55,693 nucleotides of DNA from Microcoleaceae cyanobacterium. GTDB lineage: Bacteria; Cyanobacteriota; Cyanobacteriia; Cyanobacteriales; Microcoleaceae. Numbering within the stretch: position 1 is the stretch's first letter; every line of letters starts with the position of its first letter. The stretch spans positions 1-55,693 of the forward strand of contig JBOFUV010000037.1 of assembly GCA_051652765.1 (NCBI GenBank), read 5' to 3'. This document shows, one piece after another, positions 39,910 through 50,520 of this stretch. A program made the position numbers and the translations under genes. The notes under the pieces are model-generated. The model was not told the origin of the DNA. It worked only from the letters and a program-made list of their open reading frames with translations, and did no database searches.

Positions 39910-39954
39910 AGAAAATTCAAGCTAGCTTTGGTTGAAAGCTAGCTTGAATTTTCT
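39910..39954. repeat. Perfect 20-bp inverted repeat with 5-nt loop downstream of tRNA-Gly
   Basis: AGAAAATTCAAGCTAGCTTT-GGTTG-AAAGCTAGCTTGAATTTTCT. Confidence 0.9.
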
Positions 39955-40187
39955 ACAGCTCGTACTTCAGCTCCTGAAACTAGGGTTGTTGGCCACTTGT
40001 TCTTACACCCATTCAACCCGGCATCAATTTAACAATCAGATTAATAATCAGACGATACAGTTCCCTGCATTGATCCCCACAGTATTGGATTCTGACTTTC
40101 CCCTGCTAAGCTGAAAAGAGTTAATCTGTTAAACTTCTCCTTTGGGATCTCAAGGGCTTCTTAAGCTCCGACCAGAACAGTTCATAA

Positions 40188-41798
40188 ATGGATAAAAAAC
40201 ACGGTTTTTTCCGTAAAGAGGGGTTAGAACGACTGTCATCGCCCGAGAGACTTGATCGGCTGATGCAGGTTGTTCGTCCGTTGGACTGGCTACCCTTAAT
40301 TGCTCTAGGAGTAGTTGGCAGCTTGGGGATTGCTTGGAGTATCTTTGGACGAATTCCTATTATCGTCACAGGTCGGGGAGTTTTAACTCAGGATATTATA
40401 CGGGTACAGTCCCTTGTCTCTGGAACTCTAGAATCCCTCAGTGTTCGGGATGGCACTTGCGTAGAGAAAAATCAAGTGATTGCTAAAATTCGACCGGTGG
40501 AGCTTGAACGGCAACTCCAACAAAAATCTGAAGAACTAGCAAAACTGCAGCGAGAGGCCCAAGAAAACAGCTTGCAGCGTCTCCAGCAAAACCAGTTCGA
40601 ACAACAGGCGATCGCCGAAGAGCGAGCCAACCTAGAACAACGATTGCGAAACACTCAATCCCTGGCCTCAACCCTACGAGATCGAGGACTCACTGCAATT
40701 CAAGCCCAACGCCGCAGCCTAGAACAGCGGTTGCGAGATTCTCAAGCCCTAGCCCCCCAAATTCAGGAACAGGGACTCAATGACATCACGGAGCAACGTA
40801 ACAACTTGCAAGGTCGTCTAGACAACGCTCAGGCCCTTGCTGATGCCTACAAAGCCCTGTTAGACAAACGGCAAGCCCTTCGAGAGCGAGGAGCAATTTC
40901 CCAAGACATTGTCCTAAAAGCTGAGCAAGATTACCGAGAAGCTTTGCAGCAAGTCTCTCAAATCGAAGCTCAACTTCAACAACTCAACACCCAAGAGTCC
41001 CAAAATCAGCAAGCATTTCTGGACAATCGCAACGCTTCTAGTGAATTACAAGCAGAATTGCAGCAACTTCAGGTGCAAGAAGCTGGGCTGTTGCAGAAAT
41101 ACTTGGAGAATCTCAATCAGATCTCCCAAATCAAAGCTCAGCTTGATAGTTTAGAGACCCGAAGCCAGCGACTCCAGCAAGAGAAAAATCAACTGGCAAA
41201 TGCAGATCAAAGGCAAGTTCAGGACACTCGTCAAGCGGTGACTCAGTTACAGGCCGAGGTCAACAGTACCAACACTCGAGAGATTCTCAGCCCGAAAACT
41301 GGATGTCTGTTACAAGTCGATGTTGAAGTAGGGCAACTCCTCCAACCTGAAACCCAAATTGGCACACTAGAAATTCACGGGGCAACTCCTTCTCTCGAAA
41401 ATGTTGCCTATTTTGCCGTAGAAGATGGCCAGCGAATTCAACCCGGTATGAGGATTTTAGTAACGCCCAGTACCCTAGAAGGGGGAAGATTTGGGGGGAT
41501 TGTGGGAGAAGTGACAACGGTTTCTCCCTTGCCTGTGACCCTAGAAAGAGCTACAACAACCATTGGGAACTCGGAACTGGCAAAAACCCTTTGGGAAGAA
41601 TCTAGCGGCAAAATTGAAGCAATCGCCCGGTTACAGACTGACACCAAGACTCCTGGTGGCTATCTCTGGTCAACCGTTCAGAGCCCTGACATTGAGCTAT
41701 CCGCTGGAACCCTAACCACAGCCAAAATTACTGTTGAAGAGCGATCGCCCATTACCTTCGTTCTCCCCACCCTTAGAAAATGGAGTGGCTTCAACTGA
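40188..41798 (+). CDS. NHLP/bacteriocin-system secretion protein (HlyD-family membrane fusion protein)
   Basis: 'FRKEGLERLSSPERLDRLMQVV', TM, 'WSIFGRIPI', long Gln-rich coiled coil, 'FGGIVG.V', 'PITFVLP'. Confidence 0.9.
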   Translation: MDKKHGFFRKEGLERLSSPERLDRLMQVVRPLDWLPLIALGVVGSLGIAWSIFGRIPIIVTGRGVLTQDIIRVQSLVSGTLESLSVRDGTCVEKNQVIAKIRPVELERQLQQKSEELAKLQREAQENSLQRLQQNQFEQQAIAEERANLEQRLRNTQSLASTLRDRGLTAIQAQRRSLEQRLRDSQALAPQIQEQGLNDITEQRNNLQGRLDNAQALADAYKALLDKRQALRERGAISQDIVLKAEQDYREALQQVSQIEAQLQQLNTQESQNQQAFLDNRNASSELQAELQQLQVQEAGLLQKYLENLNQISQIKAQLDSLETRSQRLQQEKNQLANADQRQVQDTRQAVTQLQAEVNSTNTREILSPKTGCLLQVDVEVGQLLQPETQIGTLEIHGATPSLENVAYFAVEDGQRIQPGMRILVTPSTLEGGRFGGIVGEVTTVSPLPVTLERATTTIGNSELAKTLWEESSGKIEAIARLQTDTKTPGGYLWSTVQSPDIELSAGTLTTAKITVEERSPITFVLPTLRKWSGFN

Positions 41799-41893
41799 AC
41801 CTAAACTGACCCTTCTGATCAATCTTCCATTTGGATCAAGTTTGAAAGTATGTTCAGGTGTGGCCGGGGGGATTGTTTGCCAAGATGCTCACA

Positions 41894-43606
41894 TCACTGC
41901 CTTAACTCTGAGACTTGATTCGTCAACTGTTCCGTCGCAACAGGTTGCCAGAGTTGTGGCAGGCAACGAGCCGGTAGGGTTAAGAACAGGATATCCCCAG
42001 ATTGCAACTGAAAGTCGAGCAATGCCCAACTTTGAACCCGTTGATTGTACTTGGTTTCAATATAGAGGGGAACAAAATCAACGACTTTAGCAGCATCCTG
42101 AACCCGTTGATTACAAAATGCATGATTTGGCGTGATCAGCGTGGCGATCGCCACCCAGAGACTGTCCGCAGCAATGCCAGTTCCAAGAATCCGACCGCCA
42201 ATGGCAGCCGCCGCAAAGGCAGGAGCAGCAATCTCCGTTGGACTCAACACCATTTCGAAGTTAAATACCTGCTGTTCCATCTGGGCAAATTTTGAATCTT
42301 GACTGCGGACAACAATTCGAATCCTCGGTGCAAGTCCCCGAGCACTCAGGGCAACCTCTAGATTAGTCATGTCGTCGTTGGTGACAGCAAGTAACGCCTT
42401 TGCCTGCTGAATATTAGCAATTTCCAGCGTTGCCGCCAGACTCGCATCCCCCTGAACAACAGGGATTTTCAAAGCACGAACAGTACTCAGAAATCGACTA
42501 TTGAGATCTCGCTCGACGACAACAACTTCATAGCCATTTGCTTTCAATTGTTGGGCAATATTAACCCCTATTCCGCCTAAGCCACAAATAATATAATGAT
42601 TTTTCTGAGGAATTCGTGTGGCGTTCAAGTATTCTGTCAGGTGAGTCCCCAAAATAAAATCATTGAGCAGAGCATAGCAAATTCCAACAACTCCTGTTCC
42701 CACCAACATCATCACAGTGGTAAAAAGTTTGATGCTGCCTGAAGAATTTTCAACAACTTCTTCTTCACCCCCGGCCCCCGTAATCATGCCAACGGAGAAA
42801 TAGAGAGAATCAACAATCGAAGTTTCTAAATTCACACTCATGTAAGTCAATGTCGCCACAAAAATCATAGTCAGCAGAATTAGAGTAACTCCCAGTGCTG
42901 ACTTGCCATGCTGTTGAAATTTCCTCAAGCTATTGCCCAAATGAGAGAGCTTCTGGAAAAAGGTGACCTGAGCGGTTTGAGTGCTTGGTTTTGTTGCAAT
43001 GATTAAGCGATCGCCGATTTCTAAGGGTCGCTCCTCCATCACCGCTGAGACCAAATCAACCTGACTGGAAGTGGGCAAATAAGAGATTAACATTCGGCTG
43101 GGATCAGACCAAAGTCTTGATAATGATTCTCCCTGCCAAGGATGGTAATCTGTGATCAACTCTTCTCTAATCGGCCAAGTTTGATCAAACAGCCTCAGTT
43201 GTCCAATTGCCCGGTTTCCCAAGGCTGAAAAGGTAAAAATGGGGGCTGCTAAGGCAGAAACACTCATGCTGGTATGATCGGTCAAGAGTTGATCCAAACG
43301 CTCTCCCAAATTTGAATTAAATAAGCGATTAATGATACGGATTTTAGGGTTTAAAATCCGAGCCTGCATGAGAATTGCCAGGTTTTTGGCATCATCATTC
43401 CCTGCCAAAATCAGAGTATGGGCATTGTGAATTCCAGCCGCCAACAGCGTTGAAGCAGCTTGCAAATCACCAATTATAACACTTGATTCCTCGGCTTCGA
43501 CAAGGGTTTCATGAATTCCTATAACAGTTACGCCTTGCTGACGCAAGAGTTGAAAAATCTGATAGCCAGTTTGGCCAAGGTGACAAACAATAATCCGAGG
43601 TTTCAT
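41894..43606 (-). CDS. Ion channel-like protein with two RCK/TrkA-N domains
   Basis: N-terminal RCK, 2TM-pore region 'DSLYFSVGMITGAG', second RCK 'IICGLGGIG'; start taken at ATG 43606. Confidence 0.85.
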   Translation of the reverse strand: MKPRIIVCHLGQTGYQIFQLLRQQGVTVIGIHETLVEAEESSVIIGDLQAASTLLAAGIHNAHTLILAGNDDAKNLAILMQARILNPKIRIINRLFNSNLGERLDQLLTDHTSMSVSALAAPIFTFSALGNRAIGQLRLFDQTWPIREELITDYHPWQGESLSRLWSDPSRMLISYLPTSSQVDLVSAVMEERPLEIGDRLIIATKPSTQTAQVTFFQKLSHLGNSLRKFQQHGKSALGVTLILLTMIFVATLTYMSVNLETSIVDSLYFSVGMITGAGGEEEVVENSSGSIKLFTTVMMLVGTGVVGICYALLNDFILGTHLTEYLNATRIPQKNHYIICGLGGIGVNIAQQLKANGYEVVVVERDLNSRFLSTVRALKIPVVQGDASLAATLEIANIQQAKALLAVTNDDMTNLEVALSARGLAPRIRIVVRSQDSKFAQMEQQVFNFEMVLSPTEIAAPAFAAAAIGGRILGTGIAADSLWVAIATLITPNHAFCNQRVQDAAKVVDFVPLYIETKYNQRVQSWALLDFQLQSGDILFLTLPARCLPQLWQPVATEQLTNQVSELRQ

Positions 43607-43864
43607 ACCCTGCCCATGACACACTAAAAAATCTACATCTCAAACTTGCAACCCTGTAAATGTACAGAGAAGAACTAATTACAGAAAGACTGATTACAGC
43701 AGTGTAAATTCAATCCAAAGCTATCAGTTTTTTCAATTCTGTAAAAAACACGTAACCCTATTATGTTTTGTGAAATTAGAATTAAAAACTGTATCACATC
43801 ACACTAGACACTAACTTCGAAGGTTTGAACTGTAGTGTGCCTCTGTACACGGGGATGACTTTTT

Positions 43865-46612
43865 CTAACCCAATCTTAATTGTTTCAGGCGATCGCGCAA
43901 ATTTTCCGCTTGTTTCTCTGCTTCAGCAGCAGCATCCCGTGCCGCTTGAACCTTTTCGGGGTCAGCTTTTTCGACAAAGTTGGGATTACTCAACTGTCTA
44001 GCACAGGATTCAACTTCTTTTTCAACTTTTGCTAATTTTTTCTCCGTCCGAGAAATAAGTGCATCTAGATCAACAATTCCTGCCAAAGGAATTAAAGCCT
44101 GCATGGTTCCAACAATTCCAGCAATAGTTTGACCTTCATTGCCTGGGAGTTGATCCGTAATGACCAAGTTTTCAACCTTTGCTGAATCTTGAATATAAGA
44201 CTTTCCTCGAGTTAGAATCTGCCGTTCTGGGTCACTTTCACTCTGTAAAATTGCTGAAACTTTTACTTTGGGTTTGATCTCGGCATCGGCTCGCAGGTTT
44301 CGCAAAGTACGAATCGTTTCAATAATTAACTTAAATTCGGTTTCCAATTCGGGGTTGATCAAAGACTCATCCAATTCGGGGTAAGACTGTAATGCCAGAC
44401 AACTTTCTGTTCCAGTTTGCGTCAAGGTATGCCAAACTTCTTCGGTAATATGAGGCATGAAGGGATGGAGAAGTTTTAATAAACCCTCTAAAACATAGGC
44501 CAGAGTTTGTTGAGAAACTGTTTTCCTGGGAGTTGCAACTCCTGCATTCTCTCCCCAAAACTGGGGTTTAACTAGTTCTAAATACCAATCACAAAAGTCT
44601 CCCCAAATAAATTCATAGAGTCCCCGCACCGCTTCTCCTAAACTATAGTTTTCAACTTCATGACAGGTTTGTCTGACCGTTTGATGGAAACGGGACAGAA
44701 TCCATTGATCACAGAGTTCCAAGTTTTCGATCTCCGGTTTGCCCAACTGTTGTGGCGTTTGTCCGGCCAAATTCAACATCACAAACCGAGCCGCATTCCA
44801 GATTTTATTGGTAAAATTTCGGGCCGCTTCAACGGAGGGAGACTCGTCTTTTTTCCGATCATATTCAAACCGAATATCCTGACCTGCCCCAACTAACTTT
44901 CGAATCAAAGTATACCGGAGAGCATCAGTTCCATATTGATCAATGAGTTGTAAGGGATCGATGCCGTTCCCCTTGGATTTAGACATTTTTTGCCCATTTT
45001 CATCCAATACCAACCCATGAATATAAACTGTTTTAAACGGCATTTGATCGGTGAAGTAGGCTGCCATCATCGTCATCCGAGCCACCCAAAAAAAGATGAT
45101 ATCAAAGCCAGTGGATAGGGTATTTCCAGGGTAATACGTCGCCAAATCCGGGGTTACATCCGGCCAACCCAGGGTGGAAAACGGCCATAACCCCGAAGAA
45201 AACCAAGTATCCAGCACGTCGGGGTCTTGCTGCAATTGAACGTCTTGACCGAACTGTTGAATCGCTTTTTCTTGGGCTTCTGTCTCAGTTCGGGCAACGA
45301 TAAATGGAGTGCTGTCCGTAATCTTGCCCTGGGTCTCACTCACTGCGTACCAGGCCGGAATTTGATGGCCCCACCAGAGTTGTCGCGAGATACACCAATC
45401 CTGCAACTTCACCAACCAATCCCGATATACTTTTGTCCATCGTTCCGGGACAAACAGGGGGGAATTTTGCTGATCCAGGTAGGTCAATGTCTTGTCTGTC
45501 AAGGGCCGAATCTTAACAAACCATTGGGTAGAAAGCAAAGGTTCCACAGGAACACCACCGCGATCGCTATAGGGAACGCTATGTTTATAGTCCTCAATTT
45601 TGACTAAAAAACCCTCTGCGTCCAAACGCTGCACTACATTTTTCCGGGCTTTGAACCGATCCTGCCCCTGAAATTCTCCCGCATTTTGATTCAGGGAACC
45701 GTTTTTATTCAGAATATTAATCATCGGCAGTTGATGACGCTGACCCATCTGAAAATCGTTGAGATCGTGGGCCGGAGTCACCTTAACACACCCGGTTCCA
45801 AAGGCGGGATCAACCCATTCATCGGCAATAACAGGAATGTCTCGGTTCATGATCGGCAACGTGACAGTCTTGCCAATTAAATGCTGGTAACGCCCATCCT
45901 GGGGATTGACTGCTACTGCTGTATCTCCTAACATTGTCTCTGGGCGGGTTGTTGCCACTTCTAGAAACCCGCTGCCATCCGTCAACGGATAGCGGAAATG
46001 CCACAAATGTCCCTCAACCTCTTTATTCTCAACTTCCAGGTCTGAAACCGCTGACTCACTGGCAGGACACCAGTTCACCATATAGTTGCCCCGATAAATT
46101 AATCCATCTTCGTACATCCGATTGAAGGCTTCCAGCACAGCTCTGGACAAGCCTTCATCCATTGTGAACCGTTCCCGCGTCCAGTCCGTTGAAACCCCTA
46201 GCCGCCGCAACTGCCCCACAATCGTGCCATGGGACTGTTCCTTCCACTCCCATGCCCGTTCTAGGAACTGTTCCCGACCAATCTCATCGCGGGTCTTCCC
46301 TTCCTGCTTGAGCTGCCGTTCTAGAATCGTTTGGACTGCAATGCTGGCATGGTCAGTTCCGGGCAAATACAGGGTGTTGTAACCCCGCATCCGATGGTAA
46401 CGAATTAAAGTATCAATTAAGGAATTGTTAAACGCATGACCCATGTGCAAAGTTCCCGTGACGTTGGGCGGGGGAATCACAATACAGTAGGGTTCACCGC
46501 TCTGATTGGGGTCAGCCTTGAAGGTTTGCTGTGTTTCCCAATAGCTTTGCCACTTGGCTTCAGTTTCAAAGGGATCGTATTTGCTCGGCAGTTCAGGAAC
46601 GGTTGAGGTCAT
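43865..46612 (-). CDS. valS: Valine--tRNA ligase
   Basis: '[13 protein letters not shown]' (HIGH), '[12 protein letters not shown]', KMSKS, C-terminal coiled coil. Confidence 0.98.
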   Translation of the reverse strand: MTSTVPELPSKYDPFETEAKWQSYWETQQTFKADPNQSGEPYCIVIPPPNVTGTLHMGHAFNNSLIDTLIRYHRMRGYNTLYLPGTDHASIAVQTILERQLKQEGKTRDEIGREQFLERAWEWKEQSHGTIVGQLRRLGVSTDWTRERFTMDEGLSRAVLEAFNRMYEDGLIYRGNYMVNWCPASESAVSDLEVENKEVEGHLWHFRYPLTDGSGFLEVATTRPETMLGDTAVAVNPQDGRYQHLIGKTVTLPIMNRDIPVIADEWVDPAFGTGCVKVTPAHDLNDFQMGQRHQLPMINILNKNGSLNQNAGEFQGQDRFKARKNVVQRLDAEGFLVKIEDYKHSVPYSDRGGVPVEPLLSTQWFVKIRPLTDKTLTYLDQQNSPLFVPERWTKVYRDWLVKLQDWCISRQLWWGHQIPAWYAVSETQGKITDSTPFIVARTETEAQEKAIQQFGQDVQLQQDPDVLDTWFSSGLWPFSTLGWPDVTPDLATYYPGNTLSTGFDIIFFWVARMTMMAAYFTDQMPFKTVYIHGLVLDENGQKMSKSKGNGIDPLQLIDQYGTDALRYTLIRKLVGAGQDIRFEYDRKKDESPSVEAARNFTNKIWNAARFVMLNLAGQTPQQLGKPEIENLELCDQWILSRFHQTVRQTCHEVENYSLGEAVRGLYEFIWGDFCDWYLELVKPQFWGENAGVATPRKTVSQQTLAYVLEGLLKLLHPFMPHITEEVWHTLTQTGTESCLALQSYPELDESLINPELETEFKLIIETIRTLRNLRADAEIKPKVKVSAILQSESDPERQILTRGKSYIQDSAKVENLVITDQLPGNEGQTIAGIVGTMQALIPLAGIVDLDALISRTEKKLAKVEKEVESCARQLSNPNFVEKADPEKVQAARDAAAEAEKQAENLRDRLKQLRLG

Positions 46613-46691
46613 GGACAGTTAGTTATGGAACTTACAGATTCCTCAACATTGTGCCATAGGACTTTATCGAGTTGTTGGATTTTCGACTGTC

Positions 46692-46716
46692 TGAGTCAGG
46701 CAAGATGCCTAACTCA
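46692..46716. repeat. Short hairpin of the cyanobacterial GGCAAGATGCC repeat type
   Basis: TGAGTCAGGCA-AGA-TGCCTAACTCA. Confidence 0.5.
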
Positions 46717-46775
46717 CAAAGGTCAGAATTCTGCTAAAATCAGGTGAATTAACCGAACAACCTGAGTTGAGCGTA

Positions 46776-47273
46776 ATGAAAAAGATCCGAACTCTGGCTC
46801 AGTTACTCTTCTCAGTGACTGTTATCGCTAATGTAGCAGGTTCAGCATTAGCAGATGCTCCTGCCTACTCAATTCCTAAGCGTACGCCTCATTCCAAGCC
46901 TAGCTCTGGCGATTGTCATACACCCTATTCCAAGCTGGCGCGGCCCTTGCCCCAGCCGATTGAGCCGGATCACCCATTGACCAGTCCTCCCTGTGAGGGA
47001 GATTGGGGCTCTTGGGACAGCCACGCACCTCGCCCAACGGAGCGGCACTACCCAGAAGATCCGTATCAACATCTAGAACCCTACCAACATCGATCGTCCC
47101 GCAGTGCAACTGCACCTTACCGCTCAACACTTTGGCCTGAATTTGCCTGGATTAAGAATCCTGCTAAGCCCACCTTAGATGGGATTTTCACGATCTTGAT
47201 TGCTCTAGGTCTATGGTGGTGGTTCAATTCTTTTTTCTCATCCCCCAAGCCGGAACCCAGAGACAAATCCTAA
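46776..47273 (+). CDS. Hypothetical exported Pro-rich protein with C-terminal TM anchor
   Basis: Signal peptide MKKIR..SALA, Pro/His-rich middle, C-terminal hydrophobic helix 'GIFTILIALGLWWWF'. Confidence 0.6.
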   Translation: MKKIRTLAQLLFSVTVIANVAGSALADAPAYSIPKRTPHSKPSSGDCHTPYSKLARPLPQPIEPDHPLTSPPCEGDWGSWDSHAPRPTERHYPEDPYQHLEPYQHRSSRSATAPYRSTLWPEFAWIKNPAKPTLDGIFTILIALGLWWWFNSFFSSPKPEPRDKS

Positions 47274-47335
47274 CACCTGTTTTTAACTATGGTTTTCAAC
47301 TGTTATCAGTTCCGTTTTTAAGTTTTTTGTGACTC

Positions 47336-48226
47336 ATGGGTCAATGTCCTGTTTGTGAGAATGAGTCTGCTGAAAGTCTGTTAGAAACTTGTTCGGTTTG
47401 TGGTTGGACATTGAACCTCAATGGGATGATGCAGAATTCATCACAACCTATCAAGGAACTTGAGCAACATCGGGTTGATTGGGCAAGGCAAACTTGGCAA
47501 CGATTATGGCAGTTGAAACAAGTGACTTCAGAAACGCGATCGCCCAGAGAGATCCGATTCAAGTATCATCTTGTCAAAAAACTAGCAGCCCTAGATGCTC
47601 AACTTCAACAAGCGGCAACAGAGCGAGAATTGCTCAGAAATCAACTGGCTTGGATATTATCTTACCTAGAAATTCTCAACTCAGAAGAGATTACAAAAAC
47701 AACGACTCGACTCAATCATTGGCTAGATACTCAGGAACCCCCACGGTTATCAGAGGTTGGAATTGATTATAATCCTCTCGCTGACTTACTGGCAAAAGAG
47801 GACTGGCGGGGGGCTGACGAATATACTTGGCAAGCGATTCTGACAGCGGCTGATCGGCAACAGCAGGGATGGTTGCGAGTTGAAGATATTGAGCATTTTC
47901 CCTGCACAGATTTGAGAACAATTGACCAATTTTGGATGTCCTACAGTGGGGGACGATTTGGCTTGACAATCCAACAAACTATTTGGGAGAGTTTGGCTGG
48001 AGACTATGGAACATTCTGTGATCGCATTGGTTGGCGACAGGGAGAAAACTGGCAATATTATGAAGAATTAGACTTTGACAACAACGCTCCTGCAGGGCAT
48101 CTTCCGGTCTTGATTTGGCGAAAACGAGCCTGTTATGGAATCGGACAAGGCACTGCTTCTGAATGTTTGACTTCATTTATTTATCGCTTGATCACTTGCA
48201 ACTCCAACCATAACCTTGGGGAATAA
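47336..48226 (+). CDS. GUN4-domain protein with N-terminal zinc ribbon and coiled coil
   Basis: CPVC-x12-CSVC; GUN4 motifs 'SEVGIDY..L..LL', 'FPCTDLRTIDQFW..YS.GRFG..IQ', 'APAGHLP'. Confidence 0.88.
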   Translation: MGQCPVCENESAESLLETCSVCGWTLNLNGMMQNSSQPIKELEQHRVDWARQTWQRLWQLKQVTSETRSPREIRFKYHLVKKLAALDAQLQQAATERELLRNQLAWILSYLEILNSEEITKTTTRLNHWLDTQEPPRLSEVGIDYNPLADLLAKEDWRGADEYTWQAILTAADRQQQGWLRVEDIEHFPCTDLRTIDQFWMSYSGGRFGLTIQQTIWESLAGDYGTFCDRIGWRQGENWQYYEELDFDNNAPAGHLPVLIWRKRACYGIGQGTASECLTSFIYRLITCNSNHNLGE

Positions 48227-48448
48227 ATCTTAGCATTAGGATGTGGTTTGGGGAGGTTAGATTGGCGAGATGTGGGGCCTTTAATGTGTAAATATCTGGC
48301 TACATAGATGTTGAAGCTGCAATTTATTGGCCAGCAGAAAAAGACATAGATCAAGACCTGACATCCTCTGAGTTTTTGCTCTCTCAGGCCGAGTTTTGAG
48401 CTGAATCATTCAGCAATTCCGTGAATATTTATCACTAATACTGATCAC

Positions 48449-50440
48449 CTAATACTGATCCACTTCAATAGTTAATTGATAATCCAAAGGTTCCAAACGA
48501 TCTGAAATAATCACCAGCTCATAATACCCAGAGTCTTCCAACTGCCCTGACCAACTCAGTCTACGGGAGTCTTCAAGCAACGGCTCAGTTTGGGCACTAC
48601 CGGGTGGATAAATTGAAAGAAAGGTAGACTCAATAGGAGTTTGCAGGGTAATGCGGAGATTTTGTCCCCGATTGAGATCAATCACATAGGCTTTGCCTCC
48701 TCCCGGCATCAGCATTTCTGCAAACCCTTGGCGACTTTCACCCTCAAATCTAACATGCTCTACCCCATTACTTTGTCCCAAGGCTTCTAAGCGATCGCGA
48801 GTCACCGCATACCAAACTTGACCAATCGGAGAATCATTCAGATCTCGGTTCCGAGGTTGTTCCGGAAACCAGTTAAAAAACTGAGCATCAGCCAAGTCAT
48901 AGAGGGCATGACTACTCAAATTTAACTGATTTGCTGTCCTGATCCAATCCTTTAGATCGGCTGTGTCATAGGTTCCTAAAGCTTGACGGGCAGTCGGGCT
49001 TAAATTTTCAAGCCGATTCAGCAACTCGTTGGCTGTTTGATCCCACCGTTTGCGCCAAACTGCGTCTTCAGCCGATTGCGTTAGGATGCGTCCTTGTTGA
49101 TCCGGATAACGCAGATAGAAAATATCATTGACCAGACGGGTGAAGAACTCATAATTCACGTCTAAACTCGAACTACGATCTGTTAAAACGCTCTGACGCT
49201 GAGTTTCTGACAAACTGCCAAATTGACTCTCCTCGGAGGGAGACAGGCGATCCGTGATGTAGTGAGCCCCCAACCATCCCAAAAGCCCCATGACAACCAT
49301 AGAAATCATCACTAACAATCCTGTTTTAGGCTGTAGCAACCCCCAGAATTTGCTGAGAACTTGAGGGGGGGAGGAAGTGTTGATTTCTACTGTTGCCGAT
49401 CCTTGAGTTAAACCCTGAGCCAATTTATGCCGTGGGTTCTGACCTGAGTTTTGTAGGGGAGATTGCGGCGGATTGGGTTCGGCGAGGGCAACGGGCAATT
49501 GCTGAGGGAGGTAGGGCAAATTAGGCAGGGGTTGGATTTGATTTGGCTGAGCGGGGCGTTGGGAGAGCAGCGGAGCAGGCAGGTGAGGAATACTTTCTAG
49601 TACCCTTAAGACTTCTAGGGCCGATTGATAGCGATCGCCGGGTCGTTGAGCCAGCATTTTATCTAAAATTGCCCCAAATTGAGGACTGAGGCTGATGTCC
49701 TGCCGCCACTGCCATTGCAGTTGAGGGTCGATCAGATGGTGGGGTTCTTTTCCCGTCAGCAAGACCAAGGCTGTTGCAGCCAAGCTGTACAAATCACTGT
49801 GGGGATAGATCACTCCCAGTTGCATCTGTTCTTCTGGAGCATAACCCCGCTTGCCCAGACGGGTGGCCAGCATTCCTTCAGAGGAGGTTCCCAATTCCTC
49901 GACTTTAGTTTTCAGGTGTTTTACTCCGCCAAAATCAATCAGAATAGGGAGTCCATCCGACTGGCGTTGAATCATATTTTCAGGAGAGATGTCGCGATGA
50001 ACAACGCCATGGGAATGAATGTAAATCAGGACAGGCAGCAATTGTTCGAGGAGCCGAATGACTTCTGCTTCTCCAAAATATGTGCCATGGCGATGAGGCT
50101 GGCTGAGTAACTCTCGATAGGTCGATCCAGCCACATAATCTTGCACGACGAACAGATAAACCTGACTATCTAGGGATTCTCGAAACAGTTCCCGAAACTG
50201 AGGAATTTGGGGATGCTTCAACCGATATAAGGTCTGGGCTTCTCGTTCAAATAACTCTTGGGCCTTCTGCCAAACTGATGGATTCTGAAGTTGAGGCGCA
50301 AATTCTTTCACTACGCATAGCTCCTCAAACCGATGGCGATCTTTTGCCAAGTAGGTTCGCCCAAAGCCTCCCTGCCCAAGTTGACGAAGAATATAATACT
50401 GATTCCGCAGAACAATACCAGAAGAAATTGGGGTAGCCAT
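48449..50440 (-). CDS. Membrane Ser/Thr protein kinase with C-terminal extracytoplasmic (PPC-like) domain
   Basis: GQGGFG, VVKE, HRDISPEN, DFG, APE; Pro-rich linker and TM; start taken at ATG 50440. Confidence 0.93.
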   Translation of the reverse strand: MATPISSGIVLRNQYYILRQLGQGGFGRTYLAKDRHRFEELCVVKEFAPQLQNPSVWQKAQELFEREAQTLYRLKHPQIPQFRELFRESLDSQVYLFVVQDYVAGSTYRELLSQPHRHGTYFGEAEVIRLLEQLLPVLIYIHSHGVVHRDISPENMIQRQSDGLPILIDFGGVKHLKTKVEELGTSSEGMLATRLGKRGYAPEEQMQLGVIYPHSDLYSLAATALVLLTGKEPHHLIDPQLQWQWRQDISLSPQFGAILDKMLAQRPGDRYQSALEVLRVLESIPHLPAPLLSQRPAQPNQIQPLPNLPYLPQQLPVALAEPNPPQSPLQNSGQNPRHKLAQGLTQGSATVEINTSSPPQVLSKFWGLLQPKTGLLVMISMVVMGLLGWLGAHYITDRLSPSEESQFGSLSETQRQSVLTDRSSSLDVNYEFFTRLVNDIFYLRYPDQQGRILTQSAEDAVWRKRWDQTANELLNRLENLSPTARQALGTYDTADLKDWIRTANQLNLSSHALYDLADAQFFNWFPEQPRNRDLNDSPIGQVWYAVTRDRLEALGQSNGVEHVRFEGESRQGFAEMLMPGGGKAYVIDLNRGQNLRITLQTPIESTFLSIYPPGSAQTEPLLEDSRRLSWSGQLEDSGYYELVIISDRLEPLDYQLTIEVDQY

Positions 50441-50520
50441 GAATGAGGAAGCGATTGGAGGGAGCGATTGACCTGCAAACACACGGTGCAAACCCAAATT
50501 GTAAACGTTCTGAAGCAAGA

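Noticed and set aside
39932..40114. 60-aa ORF as a RiPP precursor upstream of the HlyD gene
   Set aside because: Starts inside the palindrome at a TTG; lacks an NHLP/Nif11 leader or double-glycine motif.
39811..41798. Prophage or genomic island integrated at tRNA-Gly
   Set aside because: No integrase, and no duplicate of the tRNA 3' end noticed in the window; downstream genes are conserved chromosomal types.
43791..43804. NtcA-like site GTA-N8-CAC upstream of the channel gene
   Set aside because: Imperfect match that is expected by chance in AT-rich DNA; no supporting promoter evidence.
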